IMG/VR virus record: IMGVR_UViG_3300017760_000070
Coordinates: 1-26,190 of that record
Strand: one strand, 5' to 3'
DNA length: 26,190 bases
From: a virus
Taxonomy: Duplodnaviria > Caudoviricetes
The stretch's first letter is position 1. Each line of letters begins with the position of its first letter. The notes under the pieces were generated by a model. It searched no databases. It worked only from the letters and a program-made list of their open reading frames with translations, and had not been told where the DNA came from. The position numbers were made by a program, and so were the translations under genes. Shown one piece after another: positions 14,589 to 23,907 of this stretch.

Positions 14589-17500
14589 TTAAAAACCTTT
14601 GGCAATAAAGTCAAAAGTCCTTGATACTCCTGAACTACTAGAATTGACAAAAGCTACATCAAAACCAGCATTAGTCTTATTTGTTATTGTATAAGTATCT
14701 CCAGAAGCTAAATTTTGTACTGCAAAACCTAAAGCTGGAACAGTTAGATATGCTTGTGTGTAAGTAACTGATTTAGTTCCAGTTCCTGATACAATATTAT
14801 TACCTGATTCAATTCTATCTTCCATATCCAAAGTTACTGATAATTGAGTAACAACTGGACTAGCACTACCATTTTCTGATGTCATAAGTAATCTAAATTT
14901 ATAGTATCTAGCCAAGTAATCTCCTACAACAAATGTTTGAAATGCAGTGAAAGTAGAATTATCATCTGATATTGCTATTTGAAGTTCTGAAGCACAATTT
15001 GCCTCTGCATCTCCATCAAACAATCCTGTTTGTGCATCAAACAATCCTGCAACAGTATCAAAGTTTGAATCTCTATCTACAATAGTTTGTGATATACCTG
15101 CAGTAATATTTGTTTTTACCTTTGAACCCACATCAATTACTTGATCAAAGTCATAAGTTCCAGATGGTTGTAGTGATGAAGCTGTTGTACCACTATCAAA
15201 AAATCTTGTTGTTATAGAATCAAAATTACCAGAACCAGAATCAAACAGTTCTGTACTATCCAATACTAATGCTGGTACTGATTCAATTCCATCATCTACA
15301 TATACATTTGTTTTTGTACCATTAAAATTTGGACTTTGCGTAGAGGAAGCAACTGCATTATAATTACCAATAGTATCAACAGCAACATAAACAACAGTTG
15401 CATCAACACTTGGTAATCCTAATTTATCTCTTGCTTTAATTAAATACGCACCAGTTTTTGCTGGCACTACAACAGATGTTCCAGGTCTTGAAATCTTTTT
15501 AACTAATGGTACAGAATTAACCCAAGTAGCATCAGCAGTTACATTTGCATATCTTAATTCGTAATAACTTAAATCTAATACATCAACAGCAGTCCAACTT
15601 AAAAAAGCATCTAGTCCTATAATGTTGCAAGAAAATCCTTCAACATTAGGTGGTGGATCAGATAATCCAACAACAGTATGATCTGCAGTTATAGTAGAAG
15701 AATTAACTCCATAAATATTTACACCTCTTGCTCTAACTTGATAACTAGCTTTATCAATTACATTAAGAAATTCATATTTAGTTCTAGCACCTCTACCTAT
15801 TTGTTTAAAATCATCAGTAACAGAATTACCATCTGCATCAGTTAATTGTTTAATCTCTACTTCATATATTTCAGTAAAGTTATCATTAGCTGGTGTTAAA
15901 TTTATTACAAGTTTTACAATTACAGTACCATCATTATATGAAACAAGTTCATCTGTTAATGTTATTGCCTGTGGTGCAGATACAGTATTTGCTTTAGGTA
16001 AATTAGTTGCTTTACCACTTGAAACAGTTGAATAATCTCCTGTTGTAAAATCATATATAGCACTAGCAGTTTCTTTAAACTGACAAGATATTTCTAAAGC
16101 ACCTGTATCATTAGCTAGTTCAAAGTTCCAATCGTGAAGTTGAAAAGTTTTATTACTAAAACCCATTCTTGCGTTTGTTATTTGTACTGTATCTCCTACA
16201 TCTAACTTAAATGCAGTCATATCAAAGTTGGCTGATATAGATATTTGTTGTCTAACTTTTAATAATTGTATCTTTGATAACCTCTGACACATCTTACTTG
16301 ATTGTGTAAATGGATAATCAAACTCTGAATAAATTCTTTCGTTATTATCTTCTGCTTCAAAACCTGAACTTGTAAGTATAGGATAATTCTGTGGTTGATA
16401 ATTATTAGATGGTTCAGCATATATACCCTTAACAGCATTAAATAATTCTTTTTTACTTACTCTACTGTTAATTGATAAACCACTTCTTAAATTACTTTCA
16501 TTTAAAGTTACAACTGGACTAATATAATTTGCAGGAACTAATTTAAACATTCCATTAGTAAATATTAAAGCACCTCCACAAGAAGTTAATAAATTTTCTA
16601 TAATAACTTTTGGTGTTTGTTGTAATCTAAATGAACCATTACAAGTAAATCTTTTTTCTGTACCTGATGGATTAGCTAATGTTACCTGTTCATCACAAGT
16701 ATTTGCACTTGCTATAAAGTTTGTATCATTAATTTCTGTATCTTCGGTTTGTAATCCTATTTTAGTATCCTTTAAATAATCTCTTATGACTAAAGCTGGG
16801 TTATCAGTATGTGTAGTAAAATTAAATTTTTGTGTGGTACTTCCAGTAACAGATGTTAAACTAATTGCAGTTCCTGCTAAAGCATTTGCATAGTTTGTAG
16901 CAAGTTTAATTGTATTAGCATCTACTTTTATAACAAAGTATTCTGTTCCATCTGCAAGTCCACCAATAACAGTATTTCCATTTTTATCATATTTCGCTTT
17001 GTCAAAGGTACTTAATCCATGACTAGATAATGTTATAGTATTATTTGATGTACTAACATTACCAGATGATGCTGTAAAACTTGTTGCTCTTGGATCAAAA
17101 CATTTTTTACCCTTTACAACAGCAGATATATTAGGAACACCATTAGGATAAACATCTGAATCAAAAGTAAGTTTAGCATATAAATATGCCTTTCCTTGTA
17201 CTCTATGATTTGTTGTCCATTGAGTAACATCAGATACCAAATTAGCATCTGCTAATTGATCTGCATTACCGAAATGTTTTTTAATTTGTAATTTACCATT
17301 ATATTGATCGCCACTTGCTGGTGTATAAATAGGAATACCATTACTATCGTTAGATGTAGTTTCTAAATTAACTATATCATCATTTAGATAAATACTTCCT
17401 ATGTCAGATACTTCGTGTCCAGCAAGGACAATAATAATATGTAAAAATTCATTTGTGCTAGAAGTTGTTTCTGCATAAACAATAGTACCACCTACTCTAG

Positions 17501-17870
17501 TTTCTCCATAAATAATTCTGTATGGTTGTGTAGGAGATTTAGCACTTACTGTAACTCCTGATTCTAAACTCGTACCAAAGTTTGGCGGATCAAGTTTGGG
17601 TGCTAGTTTCTGACCTATTACACCTCCTATAATTGAAGTACCAACTGATATGAGTGCTCTCATACCTAATTTTTTAAAACTAAAATTACCAAATGAACCA
17701 GCGAAAGCACCTGATTGTACTAACACAACAGCAATAGCAACAACTGCCACAACAGCAATTATTTTTTTAACACTACCACCTGCTTGTGCTACTTGACCAT
17801 CATGTTCATAGAAATGTTCTTCTATGATATTATCATCTTTATCAAAAACTATTTTAGTATAAATTTTCAC
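14589..17870 (-). CDS. Tail tip / host-specificity protein (lambda J / GTA megatron-like) with FN3-like domains
   Basis: IIYGETRVGG, VKGKK.FDPR, DNPAL.IRDYL, VGDTVQIT and YQVRARGVN motifs. The probable start is GTG 17870, overlapping the upstream stop (TAGTG); the ORF track starts at 17885. Confidence 0.85.
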   Translation of the reverse strand: MKIYTKIVFDKDDNIIEEHFYEHDGQVAQAGGSVKKIIAVVAVVAIAVVLVQSGAFAGSFGNFSFKKLGMRALISVGTSIIGGVIGQKLAPKLDPPNFGTSLESGVTVSAKSPTQPYRIIYGETRVGGTIVYAETTSSTNEFLHIIIVLAGHEVSDIGSIYLNDDIVNLETTSNDSNGIPIYTPASGDQYNGKLQIKKHFGNADQLADANLVSDVTQWTTNHRVQGKAYLYAKLTFDSDVYPNGVPNISAVVKGKKCFDPRATSFTASSGNVSTSNNTITLSSHGLSTFDKAKYDKNGNTVIGGLADGTEYFVIKVDANTIKLATNYANALAGTAISLTSVTGSTTQKFNFTTHTDNPALVIRDYLKDTKIGLQTEDTEINDTNFIASANTCDEQVTLANPSGTEKRFTCNGSFRLQQTPKVIIENLLTSCGGALIFTNGMFKLVPANYISPVVTLNESNLRSGLSINSRVSKKELFNAVKGIYAEPSNNYQPQNYPILTSSGFEAEDNNERIYSEFDYPFTQSSKMCQRLSKIQLLKVRQQISISANFDMTAFKLDVGDTVQITNARMGFSNKTFQLHDWNFELANDTGALEISCQFKETASAIYDFTTGDYSTVSSGKATNLPKANTVSAPQAITLTDELVSYNDGTVIVKLVINLTPANDNFTEIYEVEIKQLTDADGNSVTDDFKQIGRGARTKYEFLNVIDKASYQVRARGVNIYGVNSSTITADHTVVGLSDPPPNVEGFSCNIIGLDAFLSWTAVDVLDLSYYELRYANVTADATWVNSVPLVKKISRPGTSVVVPAKTGAYLIKARDKLGLPSVDATVVYVAVDTIGNYNAVASSTQSPNFNGTKTNVYVDDGIESVPALVLDSTELFDSGSGNFDSITTRFFDSGTTASSLQPSGTYDFDQVIDVGSKVKTNITAGISQTIVDRDSNFDTVAGLFDAQTGLFDGDAEANCASELQIAISDDNSTFTAFQTFVVGDYLARYYKFRLLMTSENGSASPVVTQLSVTLDMEDRIESGNNIVSGTGTKSVTYTQAYLTVPALGFAVQNLASGDTYTITNKTNAGFDVAFVNSSSSGVSRTFDFIAKGF

Positions 17871-18289
17871 TATTCTATTCTCCAAGCTATTTTACAATCT
17901 GTTTTTCTTATTAATGCTATTTCTTTTTTCCAGTTAAACATTACTGATTCTCCTATACATACTCCTAGTGTACCCTCTAAATCAGTTTTATCTTTATAAT
18001 AAAAAACATCTCCTTTTTGAGCTTTATCAATATCAATAGTTTGAAAATTATTTTCTTTAGCTATCTTTAAAGCTATATCTAATAAATCTTTACTCTTTAA
18101 ACTCTTGATAATTTTTTTAGCTTCTTTAATGTTTTTATATTGTTTATCAAAAACTTTTTTACCAGTTATGGCTTCTATACAATCAATGGTAAAAGTAACA
18201 CAATCATTCTTACCATGTTTAAATACTTTTTTTAGTTTATAGTCTTCTAATACTTTTTCTAATTTAGAACTCCAATTATCTATACGCAT
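17870..18289 (-). CDS. DUF6950 / NlpC-P60-like tail protein
   Basis: F..GKNDC.TF...CIEAITG, AQKGD, LGVC.G, AWRI; sits between the hub and tip genes. Confidence 0.75.
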   Translation of the reverse strand: MRIDNWSSKLEKVLEDYKLKKVFKHGKNDCVTFTIDCIEAITGKKVFDKQYKNIKEAKKIIKSLKSKDLLDIALKIAKENNFQTIDIDKAQKGDVFYYKDKTDLEGTLGVCIGESVMFNWKKEIALIRKTDCKIAWRIE

Positions 18290-18867
18290 TAATTGGTTTT
18301 TTTACCCCATATAATTTCTTTATCTTGTAAGTCAGGTATAAACTCAAATCCTAAATCATTGGGAAAATCTATTTTTTGATCTTCAAAAGTGTACATTCTG
18401 TTAGATGCTTTTTCAAAAGTAACTAATCTACTTTCTAACTTTAATTGTACTACTGTTGTTTCTGAACCCTCTGATATGTTTAAGACATCCATATTACCTT
18501 TGAATAATGTATATACATCAGCAACTACATTTTTACTTGTATCAAACAATCCTAAATAAACTGCACCTTTTCTATTTGTATAATTTGCACCTAAAGCAGT
18601 AGATATTAAACTAGATTTAATTCCTGCGAGAGTTAAAGTTACACCACTCATTGATAGTGTATCACTTTCCTCTATTTCACTTAAACCCAACATATCTCCA
18701 GCACCAGTAAAAACTTTTGATGATCCACCAGCAGTCATAGTCAAACTTCCATAACCATTCCACATTCTTAAAGTACCATCACTAAACTCTAATTCAATAC
18801 CAACTATCGGCTGAACTACTGCATTTGTTATCGCTGTGTTAAATGCTGATGTTATACTTCTTGACAT
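18289..18867 (-). CDS. Minor tail (hub-like) protein
   Basis: LRMWNGYG...FTGAG...LF.G.MD...ESRL...DQK..FP.D.GFEF...LQDKEIIWG; position in the tail operon. Confidence 0.75.
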   Translation of the reverse strand: MSRSITSAFNTAITNAVVQPIVGIELEFSDGTLRMWNGYGSLTMTAGGSSKVFTGAGDMLGLSEIEESDTLSMSGVTLTLAGIKSSLISTALGANYTNRKGAVYLGLFDTSKNVVADVYTLFKGNMDVLNISEGSETTVVQLKLESRLVTFEKASNRMYTFEDQKIDFPNDLGFEFIPDLQDKEIIWGKKTN

Positions 18868-18868
18868 A

Positions 18869-19084
18869 CTATTCCTTAATAATTATTTTTTTAATTGATA
18901 AAGAGCCATCAATATTTTCTTCTAATTCTGCTTTAGATTTTATACATTGATATTGTACATTTTCTTGAAAAACTCTTTGAGCAACTCTTTTACCTTTTAA
19001 ACATTTTGACATGGACTCTTGTATTCTATGTTCTTTAATTTCTCCATTAACAATCATCAATAAAGCTATAACTGTTTCTAACAT
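18869..19084 (-). CDS. Small hypothetical protein with a Cys pair, 71 aa
   Basis: Hydrophobic N-terminus; tightly coupled to its neighbours. Confidence 0.65.
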   Translation of the reverse strand: MLETVIALLMIVNGEIKEHRIQESMSKCLKGKRVAQRVFQENVQYQCIKSKAELEENIDGSLSIKKIIIKE

Positions 19085-19245
19085 AGTACCTTACCTTTAT
19101 TTTTACCTTTGGTAATCATATAACCCTGAGTACCATTACGACCTATTTCAACTTCTTTTCTTAATTTAATAAAACTTAATCTTTTATTTTTTTTTTGAAT
19201 TTCTTTTTGATGATTTAATATTTGTTTGTTTATTCTTCCTGTCAT
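19078..19245 (-). CDS. Small basic protein, 55 aa (ORF track starts at 19290)
   Basis: SD AGGAG precedes ATG 19245 (MTGRINKQ...). Confidence 0.6.
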   Translation of the reverse strand: MTGRINKQILNHQKEIQKKNKRLSFIKLRKEVEIGRNGTQGYMITKGKNKGKVLC

Positions 19246-19339
19246 TTCTGCTCCTAGTAATTTTATATAAATAATTTGATACACCTGCACATAAATTATC
19301 TAACCCACCAAAGAATCCATATAAAAATTTATCTAACAT
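19184..19339 (-). CDS. Small protein with amphipathic N-terminus and basic tail, 51 aa (not in ORF track)
   Basis: MLDKFLYGFFGGLDNLCAGVSNYLYKITRSRNDRKNKQTNIKSSKRNSKKK; ATG overlaps the upstream stop (TAATG). Confidence 0.55.
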   Translation of the reverse strand: MLDKFLYGFFGGLDNLCAGVSNYLYKITRSRNDRKNKQTNIKSSKRNSKKK

Positions 19340-19737
19340 TAATGTGTACCATTACCATTTAATCTTACTTTATCTTTTAAAACTTCTAATTGTGTTGATA
19401 GTTTATCAACATCTTTAATTAATCTTTCTATATTTACTTTGTTATTCATCATGCCATCTACTCTTTTTGTAAGTTTTTCAACTTCAACCAAAGTATTTTC
19501 TATAAGTAGATATTGTTCGCTATCTGCTGGAAGTGAACCCATTTCTCCTCTTGGCCACTTAATTCTAAATTCTGTATTTTCATCAACATCAGTTATCATT
19601 AACTTACCATTAGTTTCAATGGTGTTAAGTCTTTCAATAATTCCAAAGTATGCCCAAACTGCTACTGCTACTGCAATAATAATAGAAATTAAATTTCTTA
19701 AAGGTAATTGTATATTTGTATTTTCACTTACTTTCAT
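19339..19737 (-). CDS. Single-TM, coiled-coil membrane protein, 132 aa
   Basis: TM segment LISIIIAVAVAVWAYFGII, then heptad-like helices. Confidence 0.75.
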   Translation of the reverse strand: MKVSENTNIQLPLRNLISIIIAVAVAVWAYFGIIERLNTIETNGKLMITDVDENTEFRIKWPRGEMGSLPADSEQYLLIENTLVEVEKLTKRVDGMMNNKVNIERLIKDVDKLSTQLEVLKDKVRLNGNGTH

Positions 19738-19868
19738 TTTCTTCTCTTTTTATTCATTCCCATATAATGATCTCCAGGTTCATAATCCCATCTTTTACCA
19801 TGATGACCTCTTATATCTGCATAAAACATTCTTAGTTTTACTATAATTTTTCTTAAACTTCTACTCAT
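19734..19868 (-). CDS. Small basic protein, 44 aa (not in ORF track)
   Basis: MSRSLRKIIVKLRMFYADIRGHHGKRWDYEPGDHYMGMNKKRRK; ATGA overlaps at both ends. Confidence 0.65.
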   Translation of the reverse strand: MSRSLRKIIVKLRMFYADIRGHHGKRWDYEPGDHYMGMNKKRRK

Positions 19869-20413
19869 TCTGGTACTGGCATTTTATAATCTTTTGGTGG
19901 TAATAAAATTTTATCTCCCATTATTTCAACATCTGGATTTTCTTTTTTAAAATCATCTTTTAAATTATCCCAATGGCTTTTATCATCTTCTGGTCTAGTA
20001 GTATCTCTTGCAGGTGTTACACCTCTACATTTTGATACTAACAATCTAAAGTTTTCATTATGTGCTAAACTTGGATTGCTATTTACTCTACCACACATTT
20101 TCATTAATTCTAGTTGTTGTTTTATAGCTACATTTTCTTTTATAGTCTTACAATCTACACCTAAATATTTTCTGTAAGTAAAACTTAATCTATAATTTTC
20201 ACTATCACTATCGTAATTATTGTTGTTACTATAATGTCTATAATCATTATTTCTATCTTCTTTCTCTACTCTAGTTTCAAAATCCCCACATCTTGCACCA
20301 TACTCATTAAGATATTCATTTCTTGCGTGTGCTGGTTTTACAAATAATGCTAATAGCACCATCAAAACAATCAATAATCCTGTAAAGTAATAGTTCATCT
20401 TGGCAATCTCCAT
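19865..20413 (-). CDS. Secreted protein with signal peptide and four Cys (probable start 20398)
   Basis: MNYYFTGLLIVLMVLLALFVKPAHA-RN carries an AxA signal peptidase I site. Confidence 0.7.
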   Translation of the reverse strand: MEIAKMNYYFTGLLIVLMVLLALFVKPAHARNEYLNEYGARCGDFETRVEKEDRNNDYRHYSNNNNYDSDSENYRLSFTYRKYLGVDCKTIKENVAIKQQLELMKMCGRVNSNPSLAHNENFRLLVSKCRGVTPARDTTRPEDDKSHWDNLKDDFKKENPDVEIMGDKILLPPKDYKMPVPE

Positions 20414-20426
20414 TATTCATAAATCC

Positions 20427-20726
20427 TTATCTGTTTAAATCCTTAATATCATAGCTGTGTTCTCTAACTTGATCAGCTAGTTGTCTGTATAAATTTTCTG
20501 CCATCTGCCAAGTTGATTCAGCAGAAGTTAATCTTGTATTCATATCTGTTAATTCTTTTTGTGCTACTTTTAATTCGCTTTCTAATTTTATAATAGTGAC
20601 TTTACTTTCATTGATAGTTGTTGTTAAATTTAAAACATACTTAACAGAAGTAAATCCCCCAACTACTATTGAAGCAACCACTGGTATAAATATAAAGTTT
20701 TTTTTTAAAAGGTCTGCAAAGTTCAT
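20427..20726 (-). CDS. Single-TM, coiled-coil protein, 99 aa
   Basis: TM segment FIFIPVVASIVVGGF followed by a long coiled coil; TAATG overlap with the distal tail gene. Confidence 0.7.
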   Translation of the reverse strand: MNFADLLKKNFIFIPVVASIVVGGFTSVKYVLNLTTTINESKVTIIKLESELKVAQKELTDMNTRLTSAESTWQMAENLYRQLADQVREHSYDIKDLNR

Positions 20727-21352
20727 TATAACACCTCACTACAAGCAAACGATATTCCATAATTGCTTACTTTATCTGTATCCCAATTAAACTCGTTTGA
20801 ATCTAATCTCATTATTGTTGTTGTATTAGTATAAGTTACAACATCATCATTATTAATTGTTTCTATTCCTGATCTTAATGCTGGTTCTACCTTAACATTG
20901 GCTTCTCCTGAACCATTAGCACTTACATCTTCAATAACCATATAAACATAAGAATTAATTTGTATATAATCCCCTGCCTTAAATACATTGGCACGACTTG
21001 CAGTAAAGCCATCTAAAGCAACTTGATTGCCTGTTTGACTTGCACCATTAACTCTTACTGTTCCTGTTGCAGTTCCTTGAATAGTTTTTCTATCTTGATC
21101 GCCTAATTTAAAAGTTCCTCTTCTTCCTCTTAATGACATAAAGAAAGCCAACCATATTGATGCTTTATCTTTTTTCATAGGTGGTAATGTCATAGTACAT
21201 CTCCACTGTGAACCCTCATGTTCAAAAGTTTGTTGTTGTAAAGTAAAAGGAGATTCAGTAACAGCTACAACTCTATTCAAACCCCAGTTCTGTGTTACGA
21301 TTCCTGTGGCTGTTGGTAAAGTCAAAGGATATGATGGTGTAAATACTGCCAT
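20726..21352 (-). CDS. Distal tail protein (Dit-like)
   Basis: Follows the tape measure gene; SPFT..QQ...W...LPP...AF..SLRG...F and AGDYIQ...V.PALR motifs. Confidence 0.75.
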   Translation of the reverse strand: MAVFTPSYPLTLPTATGIVTQNWGLNRVVAVTESPFTLQQQTFEHEGSQWRCTMTLPPMKKDKASIWLAFFMSLRGRRGTFKLGDQDRKTIQGTATGTVRVNGASQTGNQVALDGFTASRANVFKAGDYIQINSYVYMVIEDVSANGSGEANVKVEPALRSGIETINNDDVVTYTNTTTIMRLDSNEFNWDTDKVSNYGISFACSEVL

Positions 21353-21354
21353 GA

Positions 21355-23358
21355 TTAACTACCGAATGCCTTGCTAAATTTTCCACCTCGTTGCTTGGCT
21401 TCTGCAACTGCTTGGACTGTTGATTGTTGTATAGCTGGTAACATATTCATAACTTCTGCTCTTACTGTATTAGTTACTCCTACTGCAAAGTTTAAATTTT
21501 GAGTGACATTTATTCCGCCACCTCCTCCAACCATTTGTTTTGTATCGGCATTATTTTTAATACTGCCACCTGTGTTCGGCACGAACAACTCTGGACCTCT
21601 TTCTCCAACCATAGTTGGTGTTCCTCCTTGTACTGTACCACCACCTGCCATACCATCTCCTGGAGCAAGTATTCTTCCACCTACTGAATTGACAGCACCA
21701 GTTGAACCAGCTGATGGACCAAATATTCCTTTAATACTATTCCTTACAAATTTATTAACCTCATCTAAAATTAATGTTTGTATAATGGTTTTTTGAATAC
21801 TTATTATTAATTCTCTTAAAATGCTTTTAAAATCTAATGCACCTGCTTTACCTCTTAAAAAAGCATCAACAATAGTATCTCCTACTTTTGTCATCTCATC
21901 AGCTACACCCTTTGCTATGGTATCAACTTTTTCTAATTCTTCTCTAAATGGAATCATTATTTCTGCACTATGCTCAAAATGACCTTGTTGTATTTCAAGA
22001 ATTTCATTTATTCTTTTCATAGCTTCTGATGAAGTTCCTAGTTTAGCTATAAGTTTATCTCTTAACTTCATCTGTTCTTCTAAAACAAATTTTTCTTTAG
22101 CACCAATAGTGACAGCAAGTTTCATTTCATCTTCCATTTGCATTTTTCTTTTATCCAAATGTTTTTTTGTAATGATTGCTGACTTATTAACTGCCTTTGT
22201 AGATTTACCCTCCATCTCAATGGCTTTTTCAATGGCTTCTATTTTTTTCTTTTCAAGGTCTATTTCTTTTTGTGTTTCATGGTTTAACAAAGCTATTGCT
22301 AACTTCATGTGTAATGTAGCACCAAGTTTCTGAAGAAAACTTTTCATTTCTCTTTGTTGTTGTTCTTCTAATCGTTCTAGTTGTAATTTACTTTCTTCTA
22401 ACTGTTGATTTAATCCATCTAAACCTTTTGCTAATTTAATTGGTTCAGGAATAAAGAATGCTATTGATTTTGCAAGTAAATTCATAGCATCAGTCAAACC
22501 TTGAACAACAAATGTTCCGAATGTACTTTTTTCAAAAAATAGATTTATATTCTCTCCTAGTGTATCAAAAGCACCTGACAACCCACCAGCACCTGCTTCT
22601 CCTGCACCTCCTACTTGATTTTTTAAAATACCAAGCATCATAGCTTGTGCTTTGGCTTGTTGTCCTGTAAGTGATAAAACTTTAATTGTTTCTTTTTGTT
22701 GTTCAGTAAAAGATACTCCAACTCTACGCAAAGCTGACATACCAATTTCAGGTTCCTCTAATGCTTTACCTAATTGTAGTGCCGCAGTTTTCATTGTACC
22801 AAATCCAACTTCTGCTAAATCTTGTGTAAGTTTTAATGCTTCTGTGAAAGTTTCTCCACTTATAGATTTAAAGGTTAATAAAACTCCTGCCGCATCTCTT
22901 GCACCTTGAACACTAGCCAATGTATTTCTACCAATAGAAACTGCCATTTCTTCAATCTGTACTGCTGTTTGACCTGCCGCACCACCAGTTGCTCTTATAA
23001 GTGCGTCTAATCTTAATGCTTGTCTTTCAGCTAACGCACCAGCTTTTGCAAATTTAGTAATCGCAACTCCAGCTAAAACAAATGCACCTGTCAAAAGAAG
23101 TGTTGGTACTTTAACTCTACCCATAATAGCACCGATGGCAGTTATACGACCTGCTACTGGACCAAGTGGACCTTGTACTGCCGCAATAGAACCTGAAAGA
23201 TTTCTCATTCGTTCTTGCATTTTCTTACTACCAGCAGATGTTTTTGCAGTTGATTTATCTAATTTCTTTAAGCCAGTTGATGCCTTTTCAATATTAGATT
23301 TAAACTTCTGTGCGTTTGCAATAAGTTCTACTCTGATTGTTGCTAAATTTGATGCCAT
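21355..23358 (-). CDS. Tape measure protein, 667 aa
   Basis: Ala/Gly-rich helical protein with LGKALEEP..G.SALRRVGVSFT and C-terminal AGGG.V....VGERGPELFVP; follows the tail chaperone. Confidence 0.9.
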   Translation of the reverse strand: MASNLATIRVELIANAQKFKSNIEKASTGLKKLDKSTAKTSAGSKKMQERMRNLSGSIAAVQGPLGPVAGRITAIGAIMGRVKVPTLLLTGAFVLAGVAITKFAKAGALAERQALRLDALIRATGGAAGQTAVQIEEMAVSIGRNTLASVQGARDAAGVLLTFKSISGETFTEALKLTQDLAEVGFGTMKTAALQLGKALEEPEIGMSALRRVGVSFTEQQKETIKVLSLTGQQAKAQAMMLGILKNQVGGAGEAGAGGLSGAFDTLGENINLFFEKSTFGTFVVQGLTDAMNLLAKSIAFFIPEPIKLAKGLDGLNQQLEESKLQLERLEEQQQREMKSFLQKLGATLHMKLAIALLNHETQKEIDLEKKKIEAIEKAIEMEGKSTKAVNKSAIITKKHLDKRKMQMEDEMKLAVTIGAKEKFVLEEQMKLRDKLIAKLGTSSEAMKRINEILEIQQGHFEHSAEIMIPFREELEKVDTIAKGVADEMTKVGDTIVDAFLRGKAGALDFKSILRELIISIQKTIIQTLILDEVNKFVRNSIKGIFGPSAGSTGAVNSVGGRILAPGDGMAGGGTVQGGTPTMVGERGPELFVPNTGGSIKNNADTKQMVGGGGGINVTQNLNFAVGVTNTVRAEVMNMLPAIQQSTVQAVAEAKQRGGKFSKAFGS

Positions 23359-23362
23359 AATA

Positions 23363-23572
23363 TTAATCTGGGAACTGTCGCATTAGTTCTTCCATTTGTT
23401 TTCTTTGTGTTGGTTCTGAATTATTTTTGCCAATAGATAATTTATATCCATTAACAGCTGATGTAAATTCTGTTACTGATAAATCCCAAAATACTTTAGG
23501 GGAGAATTTAAGAACACCTAAACCTATTTCTAGGTATTCTTTGATTGGGTACTTGGTTGCTCGTTCTCCCCC
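23363..23572 (-). CDS. C-terminal extension of the tail assembly chaperone, via -1 frameshift
   Basis: The -1 frame is open for 69 sense codons (...YPIKEYLEIGLGVLKFSPKVFWDLSVTEF...ELMRQFPD) with no early start codon. It begins at the G-run GGGGGAG, 23572-23566. Confidence 0.8.
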   Translation of the reverse strand, partial: GGERATKYPIKEYLEIGLGVLKFSPKVFWDLSVTEFTSAVNGYKLSIGKNNSEPTQRKQMEELMRQFPD

Positions 23573-23907
23573 TGTACTAAAGGGGATTCTTCATCTTTCT
23601 TGTCGCCTACGAATACAGTCATAAGAACTTCTGAACAAAGTATTGCTACTTTCATAAGTCCTGTTTTCATAACCATGTCGCCAACTGTTGGTTGTGTAAA
23701 AGTTCCACCAGCACCTTTTAATGCTTCGTGCATGATAATAACAACATCTCTCATTGAGTAGTTATTATTACCGAAACTGTTTGTTATATCTAGAATTGAT
23801 TTTCCAGTTCTATTTTCTATACTTACTATTGATTCAAAGGTAAGTCTAAAAGTTCTTTCTTTATCTCCTAGACTACCTTTGATTTCGCCTTTATACTGAT
23901 TCGCCAT
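23530..23907 (-). CDS. Tail assembly chaperone (GTA gp10-like)
   Basis: MAN.YKGE....LG...RLTF..I..IE...G motif; lies between the major tail and tape measure genes. Confidence 0.85.
   Translation of the reverse strand: MANQYKGEIKGSLGDKERTFRLTFESIVSIENRTGKSILDITNSFGNNNYSMRDVVIIMHEALKGAGGTFTQPTVGDMVMKTGLMKVAILCSEVLMTVFVGDKKDEESPLVQGENEQPSTQSKNT

Noticed and set aside
21499-23624. + strand ORFs opposite the tape measure and chaperone genes
   Set aside because: They lie antisense to well-supported genes and have no recognisable motifs. The same applies to 651..842, 1632..1856, 6730..6972, 9705..9962, 13501..13719, 14126..14344, 17784..17999, 19439..19846, 20596..20790 and 24032..24247.
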